Below are positions 36,370 through 47,243 of a stretch of 64,000 nt of DNA, piece by piece; positions within the stretch are counted from its first letter, which is position 1, and each line of letters begins with the position of its first letter. A program made the translations under genes and the position numbers. Below the pieces are notes generated by a model. That model did not search any database. It was not told the origin of the DNA and saw only the letters and a program-made list of their open reading frames with translations. This DNA comes from Neodothiora populina. Taxonomy: Eukaryota. Where the stretch lies: the NCBI RefSeq assembly GCF_041146345.1, contig NW_027191414.1:1240001-1304000 (forward strand), read 5' to 3'.

Positions 36370-37058
36370 GGCAGCAATGGCGATGAACTATCTACGCACT
36401 CTGCGCTTATCATATTACTAGCCCTCAGTCATCAAGACTATGGGGTGCGTTGAGGAAATGTTCGTTCACTGATTTGAAGGGAGAAATTGTATATCAGTTG
36501 TGGCCGGTGGTTGTGCTGACGTACATCTCTAGGGCTTACTGAAGGAGACCAAAGCTTTGACTTCGCGAGTATTGAACGTTATGTGTATAACCCTTAATCG
36601 TTATCAATACTTATCGTAAGTCTTCTCACTACGTGACGTCCATAATGATGTTTGGTCTAGCTTGGCGTAGGGTGCGATAGTATTCCATGCTGATAAGTTG
36701 CATCAATATCGATAGATGTGTCTAGAGTTGTGTGTTTGTGGCATCGTTGCCTAAGGTTCTGTTAGGCAACCGGGCCTTATTATGCACGAAAGCCTCAAAA
36801 TCGTGATATTTCTGACGAACGACGGAAAGCCCGCAAGCTCATCGATATCATCAGACTTAGCATTGCTCTTGTTATATATCGCACACGCTGTCCGCCCTCG
36901 AACTTACGTGACGTGATCTACTTACTAGGGGTCAAATAGAAGTCGACATCCAGGGATCTACTTTCATCCATGATTTCTGAACTACAGTCATGCGACAGCG
37001 GCGATAAATCATCGTCTTGTATTACTGTAGTCGGTTCAAATCGATTAGCAGAGGATAG

Positions 37059-37111
37059 TTTGGTATCGCGACGACATTGATTGGCGGAATCAATGTCGTC
37101 GCGATACCAAA
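37059..37111. repeat. Perfect 24-bp inverted repeat with 5-nt loop
   Basis: tttggtatcgcgacgacattgatt-ggcgg-aatcaatgtcgtcgcgataccaaa. Confidence 0.97.
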
Positions 37112-38026
37112 AGCTACTTCAACGACTCACGCACTTAATCGCAATTGATTAGCGACCACACGCGGGCATTCTTGTTTGTCTAAGAACGCATGGAAGGATA
37201 CCGAGTTTTCAATGTCACGGTAGGTCCTCATAGCCGGCTCCGCGGTCTCTAATTGCTATTAAGCCAGACGGAAGTTCACGAATCACAGCAGCTTCCATGA
37301 CAAATGCAATATGTCTCCTATATCCACTACCACGACATGATCTGTCCACGGCGTAATTGTGTATGATGTCAGTTGAAGCCTACTTACAGCACGACATGGA
37401 TGTGAAGGTTTCTGTAAGCTTGCTCTCAATTGCAATGCTGGAAAAAGGCATTTCTAGGGCAAAGGTGCCTACTAAGCCTAAACAAGACAGGTGAGCCTCC
37501 AAATACAAACTCGAAGATTCAACGCCTAAAAGGTTATAGGATGCAAGAACGTGCTGAATACTAGAGGTACAGTAGGTCAGCATCAGGCGATATTGCAGGT
37601 GACCATGAGTCCTTGAGGACCAAGAATACTAGGTCATCGAGCCTGCCTGACACTTTCTTACCTTTCTATTCTCTTGCATGTGGAATGAGCAGAAAAGATA
37701 TTGCTCGTGGGACATTCAAAATCAAACAAAATCCGAAAGGCGAGGGTGAGACCCCGCGATCTCGGTCGCGCTTAGCGCCCGATCCAAATCGACGCTTCAC
37801 ATGCGCTGGTGCACGCGGCAGGTGCTCGAATCTATCCGAACAAGGGACTACCTTAACTAAGGTAAGTGCGTCTGGGTCAATATGTCGTCATGCTCTTTGT
37901 TATTCACATTTTAGTCGGAGTTTGTTAGGACAACATAGAGTCCGAATAATGGATTACCATAAAGGCTCGATGGTTCCTCTTCCTAGAACTAAGCATCTAC
38001 AAAGTGTACGACCCTCTCAAGCAAAA

Positions 38027-39670
38027 ATGACGTCCATTTTCCAAGACACCTTATTTGGTGTATGCGCGCGATTCGTCACTCGGGGTAAGGTCCTTGGTTG
38101 GCAGGAGAATCATGATGAAGACCTTCGACTGCGATATATTTATGGAGACGAAAAAAGGTCTTCTACCTCGTCAGATGAATTAGAGAAAGGTCAAGACCAT
38201 AGACTGATCGAGTTTCTCGAGAATGACCCTCAGGTATGACTATGAAATGTGATGTTGTTGCAATATGCAATGGCGTGGCTGACTCCCGACCAGGATCCAC
38301 AAAATTGGTCTCTGCGCAAGAAGATCTTCGTCACTTTCAACATCTGTCTTCTGACGTTCTCAATCTACATTGGATCTGCTATCTACACCTCTGGACTTAT
38401 GGGCATCACACAAACATTCGGCATCTCGCAGACGGTAGCAATCCTTGGTCTGACTTTGTATGTTCTTGGATACGGCCTGGGTCCCATGATCTGGTCTCCA
38501 ATCAGCGAGATTCCATACTTTGGACGTAGTCCAATTTATCTGGGCACCTTGTTCGTCTTCGTATTCTTCAACTTTGGCGTGGTTTACGCGCAGAATCTGG
38601 GCATGCTTCTTGCATTCCGTTTCTTGACTGGTTTCTTTGGCAGTCCTGTTCTTGCTACTGGAGGTGCCAGTCTAGCAGACATGTACACGCCCAACAAGCG
38701 TGCTTACCCATTCGCATTCTACGGCGTGGCAAACGTCATGGGACCTACCGTTGGACCTCTTATCGGTGGATTTGCAGCCCAGTACAAGGGCTGGAAGTGG
38801 CCGATCTGGGAGCTGATCTGGCTTTCCGGTTTCTGCTGGGTCTTCCTATTCTTCTTCTTTCCCGAGACCTCGGCGGCGAACATCCTTTATCGCAGGGCTG
38901 CTCGACTGAACAAACTCCAGCCTCAAGATGGACCTCAACTCAAGTGCCAGGCACAGGTTGAGGCCGAGAAGATGACGCCAAGCGAGGGCATGAAAATGAC
39001 CTTTGTCAGACCATTTACCCTCACTCTGACGGAGCCCATCGTCTTCTTCCTCAACCTGTACATTGCACTCGTCTATGCAGTCCTTTACTGCTGGCTAGAG
39101 TCCATCCCTATCGCATTCACCGAGGTCCACGGCTTCAGCCTTGGCATCACGGGACTATGCTATCTCGGCATCGCCGTTGGAGCAGTCATCACGGTCCCAC
39201 CTTACTGCATCTACAACTACTATTTCGTCGAGCACAGATTCAACGACAAGCTCGAGCTCAAGCCCGAGATCCGACTCGAGTCGGCCCTCGTCGGCTGCTT
39301 TTGTCTGCCCATCTGTCTGTTCTTCTTCGGCTGGACCGCAAAGGAAAACATCCACTACATTGTGCCCATCATTGCCACCGCCTTCTTTAGCATCGGCGCG
39401 TTCTTATCCTTCTCGAGTGTCCTGAACTACCTCGGTGACGCCTACCCGGATTACATCGCTTCCATCTACGCCGGCAATGATCTCTTCAGATCGGCGTTTG
39501 GTGCCGGTTTCCCTCTTTTCGCGAATCAAATGTTCACCACTCTTGGTTTGGACTGGGGTAATAGCCTGTTGGGCTTCATCTCCATCATCTTCATTCCCAT
39601 CATTTACTGGCTGTGGTGGAAGGGCGAGTCCATCCGCAAGCGAAGCAAGAGAGCTAGACACGACTTGTAG
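38027..39670 (+). CDS. MFS drug:H+ antiporter, DHA1 family (Flr1/Mdr1/Caf5-like), 2 exons
   Basis: DPQNWS, GSAIYT, WSPISEIPYFGRSPIY, FRFLTGFFGSPVLATGGA, PETSAANIL; about 12 hydrophobic segments; intron at about 38234-38293. Confidence 0.93.
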
Positions 39671-40150
39671 AGCTTATTCAACGACGAACATGACAGTCCT
39701 ATGACAACAAGAACAGCGTAAAGAGGTGTCAGGACACGAACGATGTTATGAGTACTTAATAATAACAAGAACATTTGGTAGCGATCGGTAGATCTAAAGG
39801 GGAGGGAACCATGGTGTGAGAATTGGTTATTTGTATGCAATTCGAGTAACTATAATAATAGTATACAATACAAACAGAGAGGAGTTTGGTCAATGTACTG
39901 TATATTCCACTTCACCACAACTGATAACAGCAAGAATTGCTTTTATTATCGTTCACCCGCGTCTATACCACCCTGTTACGCCAATGCTGCCAAATGAGAG
40001 AACTAAAACATAACAATGAGTCGCGCGTGGATAGTCGAAAACAACATCCGCCCGGCGGAACTAAATCGCATCATATCGAAAAGACAAAACAAGAGGAGTT
40101 TCAAGCAGATAATACAAGGGATGACAATTGCTCTTGTCCAGTAACGATGA

Positions 40151-42775
40151 TCACATGGCAGGCCAGCTACCAACGCCCATATTCATCGTCCAGCCAATAT
40201 AGCTATTCTGAGCCAGATCGTCGACGAAGCCTTGCCAGTTCATCCACGAGTCGTCCATCTGGCCCATGCTGAGGTCGTAGTCCATCGGTAACGTCGAGGC
40301 AGGCTCCCCGTCGGTCAAGGAATCGGTTGGTATCGAGGCCGGCGTCGTCGACACCATGGATGCGAACAGGTCGAGGTTGGTGGACATGGCCGTTGTGGTG
40401 GACGTCATTGGTAGTTCTTGCTGCTGCTGCTGCTGCTGCTGCTGCTGTGTGTTAGGCTGGTAAGCTTGTGCTTGGCTCGTGGCAGCTTGCATTTGGGCCT
40501 GGTGCATGGCTCTCCGACGCCGAGCCATGCGCATTAGTTTTCGGATGGGTTTCCATAGTCCTCCATTGGCTCCCTCGGCCACTTTTACTGCAACGTACTC
40601 GAAGTTGGATTCTGCTGTTCGCCATGCACGTTCTACGAGCTCTGTATTTTGGAGTGACGAGGAGCACAGCTCTGCGAGAACGACGGCTAGGGAGTGCCAA
40701 TTGACGTATGACTCGAACATCCAGTGCCAGCAGTGCGTCGTCTCATTGCTGAATGTTCTCTTGAGCTCAAGGGTTTCCGTTGCACTCAGGAGTATATTCA
40801 CTGCTCCTGGTGGTGGTGGTGTCATGGCTGGATGACGCTGCAAGGGCCGCACAACGGACAGCCATAAACCAGAAATGATGATCTTGCCGAGGCAGAATGC
40901 GGCATATTGGATGTCTTGAGTCAAGTCGCATTTGGACAAGAATTGTTGTGTCAAGTAGGCATCGAGCCGCCGGACAGCTTCTTGTCGTACTTCCCAAGAC
41001 TGTTGTATAGGTCGCGGAGGAGCGTCATTGTCTCGAACCTGCTACGCATTAGCTGGAGTTGTACGGCGCGAGTATGATGGAACAACGCGTGCGGAATGCG
41101 GTCACAGTCAACACAGTGCAATGAGTACATCTCTTATACCGATGATCTGGCGCCGAAGACAAGCTTGATGGAGGTAACTCACTGGCACAAAGTTCAGTTC
41201 GCGAAGCAGATACTGAGCTTCACTAGCTATCACTGTGAAGGTGGTGTCGGTAAACTCGTGTTTTCTCGATGGCGGCTCGGTGGTACCAGGGCCGAAATCG
41301 GCATCATTGATGTCCTCCAGGCATTTGGTGTTGTAGCCGTTGCTGGGTATGCACGAGTCGGATCCTCTGTCGGAGGCAGCTTGGTAGTCCAAAGCCAGCA
41401 GAGAAAACCAAGCTCGACGGTAAATCTGCCCCTGATAGAACGTGAGAGTCGCATAAGACTCCTCTCGATGCAGCTGTAATGCTATGGCTATGCGAGAGGC
41501 CAAGCCCATCAACGTCCATGACTGCGGTCCGTTGTTGTGGGTTCTGATCGCGCTCTACATGCCCGCGTGTCAGTTCCATGGATTCTTCTTGCCACTTACA
41601 TCCACTTGTACGTACCACGTAAAGAACCAAACCTTGTAGATATACGATGCTGTGATTGTTAGCCATGCCGATGATCTGGAAATTGCGCTCCATAATCGCA
41701 CGCCATTGGTTGCTAATGACTTCTTTCTGCTCTCCAAAGTACGCCAGGCATTCTTCTTCATTACAAGAACATACTGTTGTGTAGAATGCGGCAGCTCTCA
41801 AGAACCGGAACGTGCTACTCCGAACCGGGAATCCGAGGTAGGGGTCCCCATTTCCTGCAGATCGTTCAAACGTCGGCAAATGGAATATCTTGAACACTGG
41901 ATCTACATGGCGTTTGTATATATTCAGATACTGGCGGATGTTTTGACTCGACAAGAATTCTGATGGGTCTTCTTTGTAGTCATCGGACTGGAGAGGGAGA
42001 TCAATCGCTGCGCTGTCTTCCTGCGAGGCGAGATCAGGAGGACTGTTATCAATTTCATCCTCGTCATCTCGGCTTTCGAGTACATGGCGAAGCCCATTCA
42101 GCTACGTTAAGATGTTAGCCGAAACAAAGGCAAAGTCTTGAAACATGCTTCACGCAGAGCTGACAATTACATCGCGATGATTTACATAAGTCTCTCTCAC
42201 GAAGCATTGTGGATTTGCATATCACGAGAATGATCAGGTCAAAAGCAGCCCATCGGACCGGCATATTGCCCATCGCGCATAGGAATAAGAGTGGATACAA
42301 CACACCACAAAAAAAGAAACGCCCTTACCTCATTGCTCAATTGGGTCCAGACTGTGGATCCTAAGAGGCGACTAATATCAGTGTCGCCACTGCTGCTGTG
42401 ACTTTTCGAGTTGCTGTTGCCGGGCGACGAAGTAGAAGTGGCAGGTGAGTCGGGCTTATCATGAAGGACGAGTTTCGCAATATCGTGTGTAGCAGATGAA
42501 TTGTTAGTACTGCTGAGTGACGAGACCAATTCCTCGAGTTTCTTCACGCGCAATCGCAGTTCAGTGTTGGCCTCTTTCCTGCCACCGCGACGGCCGCGCG
42601 GGAGTCGTGGTCGAACCACCGGAGTACACTCTTTGCCTGCCTTGCTGCAGGCGCCACACGGCTGTCGTTTGTCGCATCGGATCTTGCGCTTGCTGCATAG
42701 TTCGCAGGACAGAAGCGCTACGCCGGGTGGGTTTGCATCTTTCTTTTTCTCCGCACTATTATATGGATCCTCCAT
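40151..42775 (-). CDS. Zn2Cys6 transcription factor with fungal-specific TF domain and polyQ tail
   Basis: SCELCSKRKIRCDKRQPCGACSKAGKEC; HVDPVFKIFHLP; GLASRIAIALQLH..RRAWF; WHSLAVVLAELC. Confidence 0.9.
40421..40447 (-). repeat. (CAG)9 repeat encoding polyglutamine
   Basis: (ctg)9 on the + strand within the TF C-terminal region. Confidence 0.9.
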
Positions 42776-43230
42776 TTGTGACACGCGCGTATAGTATGCG
42801 CGTAGATGATGATGGTCTGTTGGTTACGATGCGTCACACCAAACTAATCCTTAGGACGCAATAGCCCTCTTGTAAAGCGAGACGCCCTTCGGAGAAACAC
42901 TAAGATGCTGATCCGAGGAGTTGCGACATGGATCCATACAGCAAGAATACACAGCAAGTACACTTAGATACCTAAGGCAACAACGTGCAAGGGCAAGAGC
43001 CTTTCTTCGACTGGAAAGTCAATCCGCTTCTACCGTAGCAGAAGCATACTACTAGTAATTCGGCTGAGAGCCAGACATTACCAGCAGAAAATTACGGGTA
43101 TGGCCTCAGCTTCGATCGAGCGCGGATGGTGACGTCTACTATAGGTTCACGCTAACCGTTTTTCGAAGCTTCGATCGTGCCTGCCACGGCCGTGCTCATT
43201 CACATGGCAGTCAAGCAGTAAGCCATTGAT

Positions 43231-43253
43231 ACGACGACGACGACGACGACGAC
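43231..43253. repeat. (ACG)n microsatellite
   Basis: acgacgacgacgacgacgacgac downstream of FDC1. Confidence 0.9.
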
Positions 43254-43372
43254 AACAGCGTTATACTTTCTTCTGTGTGGAAAACACGTCATTCATGTGA
43301 TATATCCATTCTCTATATGGGATGTCTATATGAAGCAAAACATTCGTGTAACAGGTATAAGACCTAGCGTGC

Positions 43373-45044
43373 TCATGCCTTGAAGCCCATTGCCTGCCAC
43401 TCGGCGTTGACCTTGGCCTTGACCTCCTCAGGATACGAGTTCTTAAAGTCCGCAGCCACCCAGTTTGCACCTGTAGTGTACTCGACAGGCATCAGTGCAT
43501 CGGACACGACCTTACCACCCTTCACTGGGCTGTGCGCTCCGTGACCGTTGTAGGGAATGAGAGGGAAAGCTCTGACATCAGGGAAGAAGGTTTCGTCGTC
43601 GTTAGGGCGGCAACGAGTGGTGAAAGCCCAGATGACATCCTTGAAGTCAAACACATCGATGTCATCACCGACCAACACAAGTCTGTGAATGGTGTATCCG
43701 ACCTTGTGGTTGAAGACGAGATCACCGATCTTCTTGGAGAAGTCCTTCGAGTTGGTCTTCATGGCACGCAGCTTGGCAGTGTCAATCTTGAGTGCCACCC
43801 AGGTGACCTGAGATTCGAAGTTTGACATGGCTTCGACGACAGGCAGATCATTATCTTGACAGAGCTGGCGGATCTCAGCTGCTGCAAGGGGTCCAATCAT
43901 GGTGTGCTATGGTTCTGTTAGTGCAAAGGTTTTCACAAGATCGCAATCAGGAACTTACCGTCTCATCGGTCAATCTACCACATGCTGACACGGGCATGAT
44001 GGGGTCATCACGGTGAGTGATAGCGTTGACGGTGTACTTGGGGCATTGGTGAGCGTCACCAGGGAAAACGTAACCGTGCATCTCTCCGAAAGGACCTTCG
44101 GGCGCAGTCTCGGTGACGGACAGAGTACCCTCGAAGACAATCTCACTGTTGGCAGGAACCTTCAAGTTGTTGGTCTCACACTTGACAAGATCGAGCGCAG
44201 TGCCAGTCATGGCTCCAATGTACTCGGACTCGGTCACGCCGTCCGGAAGAGGCATCGAAGACGCCATGATGGCAGCAGGCGGCACTCCAAAGCAAAGCGC
44301 CCACGGCACATCCTTGCCCTCCTTCTTCCACATCTCCTTGACCTGCCAGATATGCTGAGGCTCGATTACGAGTCCAACCAGGTGGCGCTTGTCGTAGATC
44401 ATGGCGCGAGCAATCGACCAATTCGTCCACTTGCCATCCGGGGATTGCACAACGTGCATGCCATACGTCTGAATATATTTTCCGCCATCATCCTGGTGGA
44501 TCAAAGGGGTAGGAAGCTTAGTGAGATCGATGTCGTCTCCGAAGATCTTGTTCTCTTTGCAAGGTCCGCTTTCGACAAGGTTAGGTGGCAGCGGCGTCGA
44601 CTTCTTTGCAGACAGCATCTTGTCCAGGATTTCCTTCATGCCGGCCGTTGGGGGCAGTGCGAGGTGTCTAGCCAGACGACCGAACCGCGTAGCCTTGTCA
44701 AATCTCAGCGCAGCGGGTGCGCCAAGAATACGGAAAAGTCCATCCTGGTTGCCCTTGACGTTGTTGAACAAAGGAGCCTTGTCGTCCGTCTCGTATACTT
44801 TACGGATAATGGCCGCGACCTCGAGGTTAGGGTCCTTTTCGTCATTAATTTCGACCAAGTCGTTATCTTCTTTAAGCGCCTCGACGAAAGACCTGAAGTT
44901 CATATGAGGTAGGTCCTGTCCGCTAGACGAGCTGTGGTAGCTCTGGACCGCACGCTTCGGGGTGAATGTTGATGACATGATGTTACGTCTCGCCAATGCT
45001 GTGGTTCTTAGTGATGTGTTGAGTCTAGGCAGTATAGTCTGCAT
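43373..45044 (-). CDS. FDC1: Ferulic/cinnamic acid decarboxylase (UbiD family, prFMN-dependent), 2 exons
   Basis: [54 protein letters not shown]; one intron at about 43907-43959. Confidence 0.95.
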
Positions 45045-45625
45045 AATTTATATCCAATGTCCAATGTTCAGTAAGAAGGTGACTACTTGGACAATCACTA
45101 CAATAGAATAGATAGATAAACAACAAAATCAAAACAAAAAGCCGGGATCGCGCGACTATCTATATACTCGTACCTTCTACGAACCGATGATGATCAGTTA
45201 AACATAGACCCTGAGACACCATTGCACAAAAAAAGTCCATGTCATGCCATGTCAGAGTGCCCGAACTACCTTGATGTCCCTTGCACTACCACTCCACTCC
45301 ACCGCCAGCCCGCCCGCCTGCCCGCGAACCCCCAAGTCCCGAATACAACGATGAAAGACCTGCTAGACTACCCCTCGTATGTTCCTAGGTAAGGTACAGT
45401 AGTCTCCAGCACTTCCCACACGTACACGTATGCGCGCGCGCGGAAGTCCCGGATGAAGCGGTGCGGTAACGCAACATACTTACAAGATAGCAATAGTGCG
45501 GCAGCTCCAAGAAACGAACACTGCTTCTGTACGGAGACCAACCGTAAACCGCGTATCCGTTCTGGTCAGGAGAGATACTGTGATTACTACTATTGGAAAG
45601 AAGGCCATGATCTGCCACTAACATC

Positions 45626-45663
45626 TCTCGGCGCTTCGGGGTCTCGGCGTCTCGGCGTCTCGG
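45626..45663. promoter_or_regulatory. Array of five CGG triplets at 8-bp period in the FDC1-PAD1 divergent promoter (candidate Zn2Cys6 sites)
   Basis: CGG at 45629, 45637, 45645, 45653 and 45661; four of them within TCTCGG. Confidence 0.45.
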
Positions 45664-46187
45664 ATGGGGATCGTCTCCAGGGGCAAATACGCTACCTGAA
45701 TATTGCGTAGCGGAGATCAGACGACTCTCGCGCGGGGCCAATCTCCTATTTCCCTTACTGCGGATCGCGAGAGCGACGAAGTAGGAGAGGCCGCGGCCCC
45801 GAATGTCCTGCCTGTCATTAGTGTGTACGGAGATCTGGCATTGACCATGGCGAGTCGGGGAGGCGGCGGCGCATTGGTTTTGTCTTTTCTTTTTGCATTC
45901 TTGCGGCCGTTCAGTTCGTCATAGTGGTCTTGGGTTGTTGGAGTGTGTTTTGGTTAGGTGCTTGGGAGATGCAGGAGGACTGGGGAAGGGATATAATTAA
46001 TTGTGTTCTCGCCTTTTCTTTTAATTGTTTTTTTGTTACGCATGGTCTGGCATCTATATCTCTGTATCTACCCTCTTCCCTATAGCATTTTACAAAGATA
46101 ATCAACGAGGCACCGAAGGGATTGAAGCTTTTTCATATTCTTGAGATAGAGGCACTAGAGCATTGGAGAAGAAGACCACAAGGAATC

Positions 46188-47072
46188 ATGAGCTGTATGC
46201 TATCAACGAATTTCGTGTCGTCAGTCGCTCGATCGAGTACGACGGCGGCATCGAAAGGCGCTATTACTTCAACTGCTGCTCTTGCTGCCAAGACCACTCC
46301 GACGTTCTGTTGTCGTCGTCAGGAAACCCCGAGGACATATACCACACGGACTATTCGGCCCACGCTATCCTCATCATCTAAGCATATTGCGCAACTGCCC
46401 ACGAACACAAGGCGGCATATCAGCACCACTGCAGGTCTTCAAGGTCTCCAGGATGGCAACCAGTCTGGCATCTCAACTACTGTCAAAATGTCCCCACCGC
46501 GCCCCAAGCGGATAGTGGTCGGCGTGACGGGCGCGACAGGCACACTATTCGCGATTCGCATCCTGCAAGTTCTTAAGGCGCTGGGCATCGAGTCGCACCT
46601 GATCATGAGCAAATGGGCGCTCGCGACGATGAAGTACGAAACGTCAATGACCGAAGCCGAGGTGCGGAGCCTGGCGACAACGAATTACACGATGAAGGAC
46701 ATGTCGGCGCCGCCGTCGAGTGGCTCATTTCTGCATGATGGTATGATCATCGTGCCGTGCAGTATGAAGACTCTCGCCGCGGTTCGTATCGGCTTCTGCG
46801 ATGATTTGATCTCGCGCTCGGCGGATGTGTGTCTGAAGGAACGCAGACGCTTGGTTCTGGCTATCAGGGAGACGCCGTTGAGCGATATTCATCTGGAGAA
46901 TATGTTGTCTTTGCGCAAGGCCGGCGCGGTCATTTTCCCTCCTGTGCCGGCTTTCTACACGCGGCCGAAGACGATTGACGACATTATCAACCAGAGTGTG
47001 GGACGGATGCTGGATGCGTTGGATATCCATACCGAGGAGTTTGAGAGGTGGGATGGCTTCAAGAAGTTATAG
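46188..47072 (+). CDS. PAD1: Flavin prenyltransferase (UbiX family) with mitochondrial-presequence-like N-terminus
   Basis: RIVVGVTGATG, SSGSF, IVPCSMKTLAA, RETPL..IHLENM, PPVPAFY. Start at 46188 or 46197. Confidence 0.95.
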   Translation: MSCMLSTNFVSSVARSSTTAASKGAITSTAALAAKTTPTFCCRRQETPRTYTTRTIRPTLSSSSKHIAQLPTNTRRHISTTAGLQGLQDGNQSGISTTVKMSPPRPKRIVVGVTGATGTLFAIRILQVLKALGIESHLIMSKWALATMKYETSMTEAEVRSLATTNYTMKDMSAPPSSGSFLHDGMIIVPCSMKTLAAVRIGFCDDLISRSADVCLKERRRLVLAIRETPLSDIHLENMLSLRKAGAVIFPPVPAFYTRPKTIDDIINQSVGRMLDALDIHTEEFERWDGFKKL

Positions 47073-47243
47073 ATATGTAATTATTCAATGTACCTGTATG
47101 ATGCTTGTGCTGTGATTACGAAACTTCATTTGCTTGACCCTTTGCACATTTGGCAAGTGTCGCTTCGACTTCCTCCATGTTTTCGGCTTCTTTGCCTTGT
47201 GAATTAAAGCTAGTGTGATGATGCTAGACATGGAAGCAGTCAT

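Noticed and set aside
44013..44912. 299-aa ORF on the + strand
   Set aside because: Antisense to FDC1; a by-product of codon bias.
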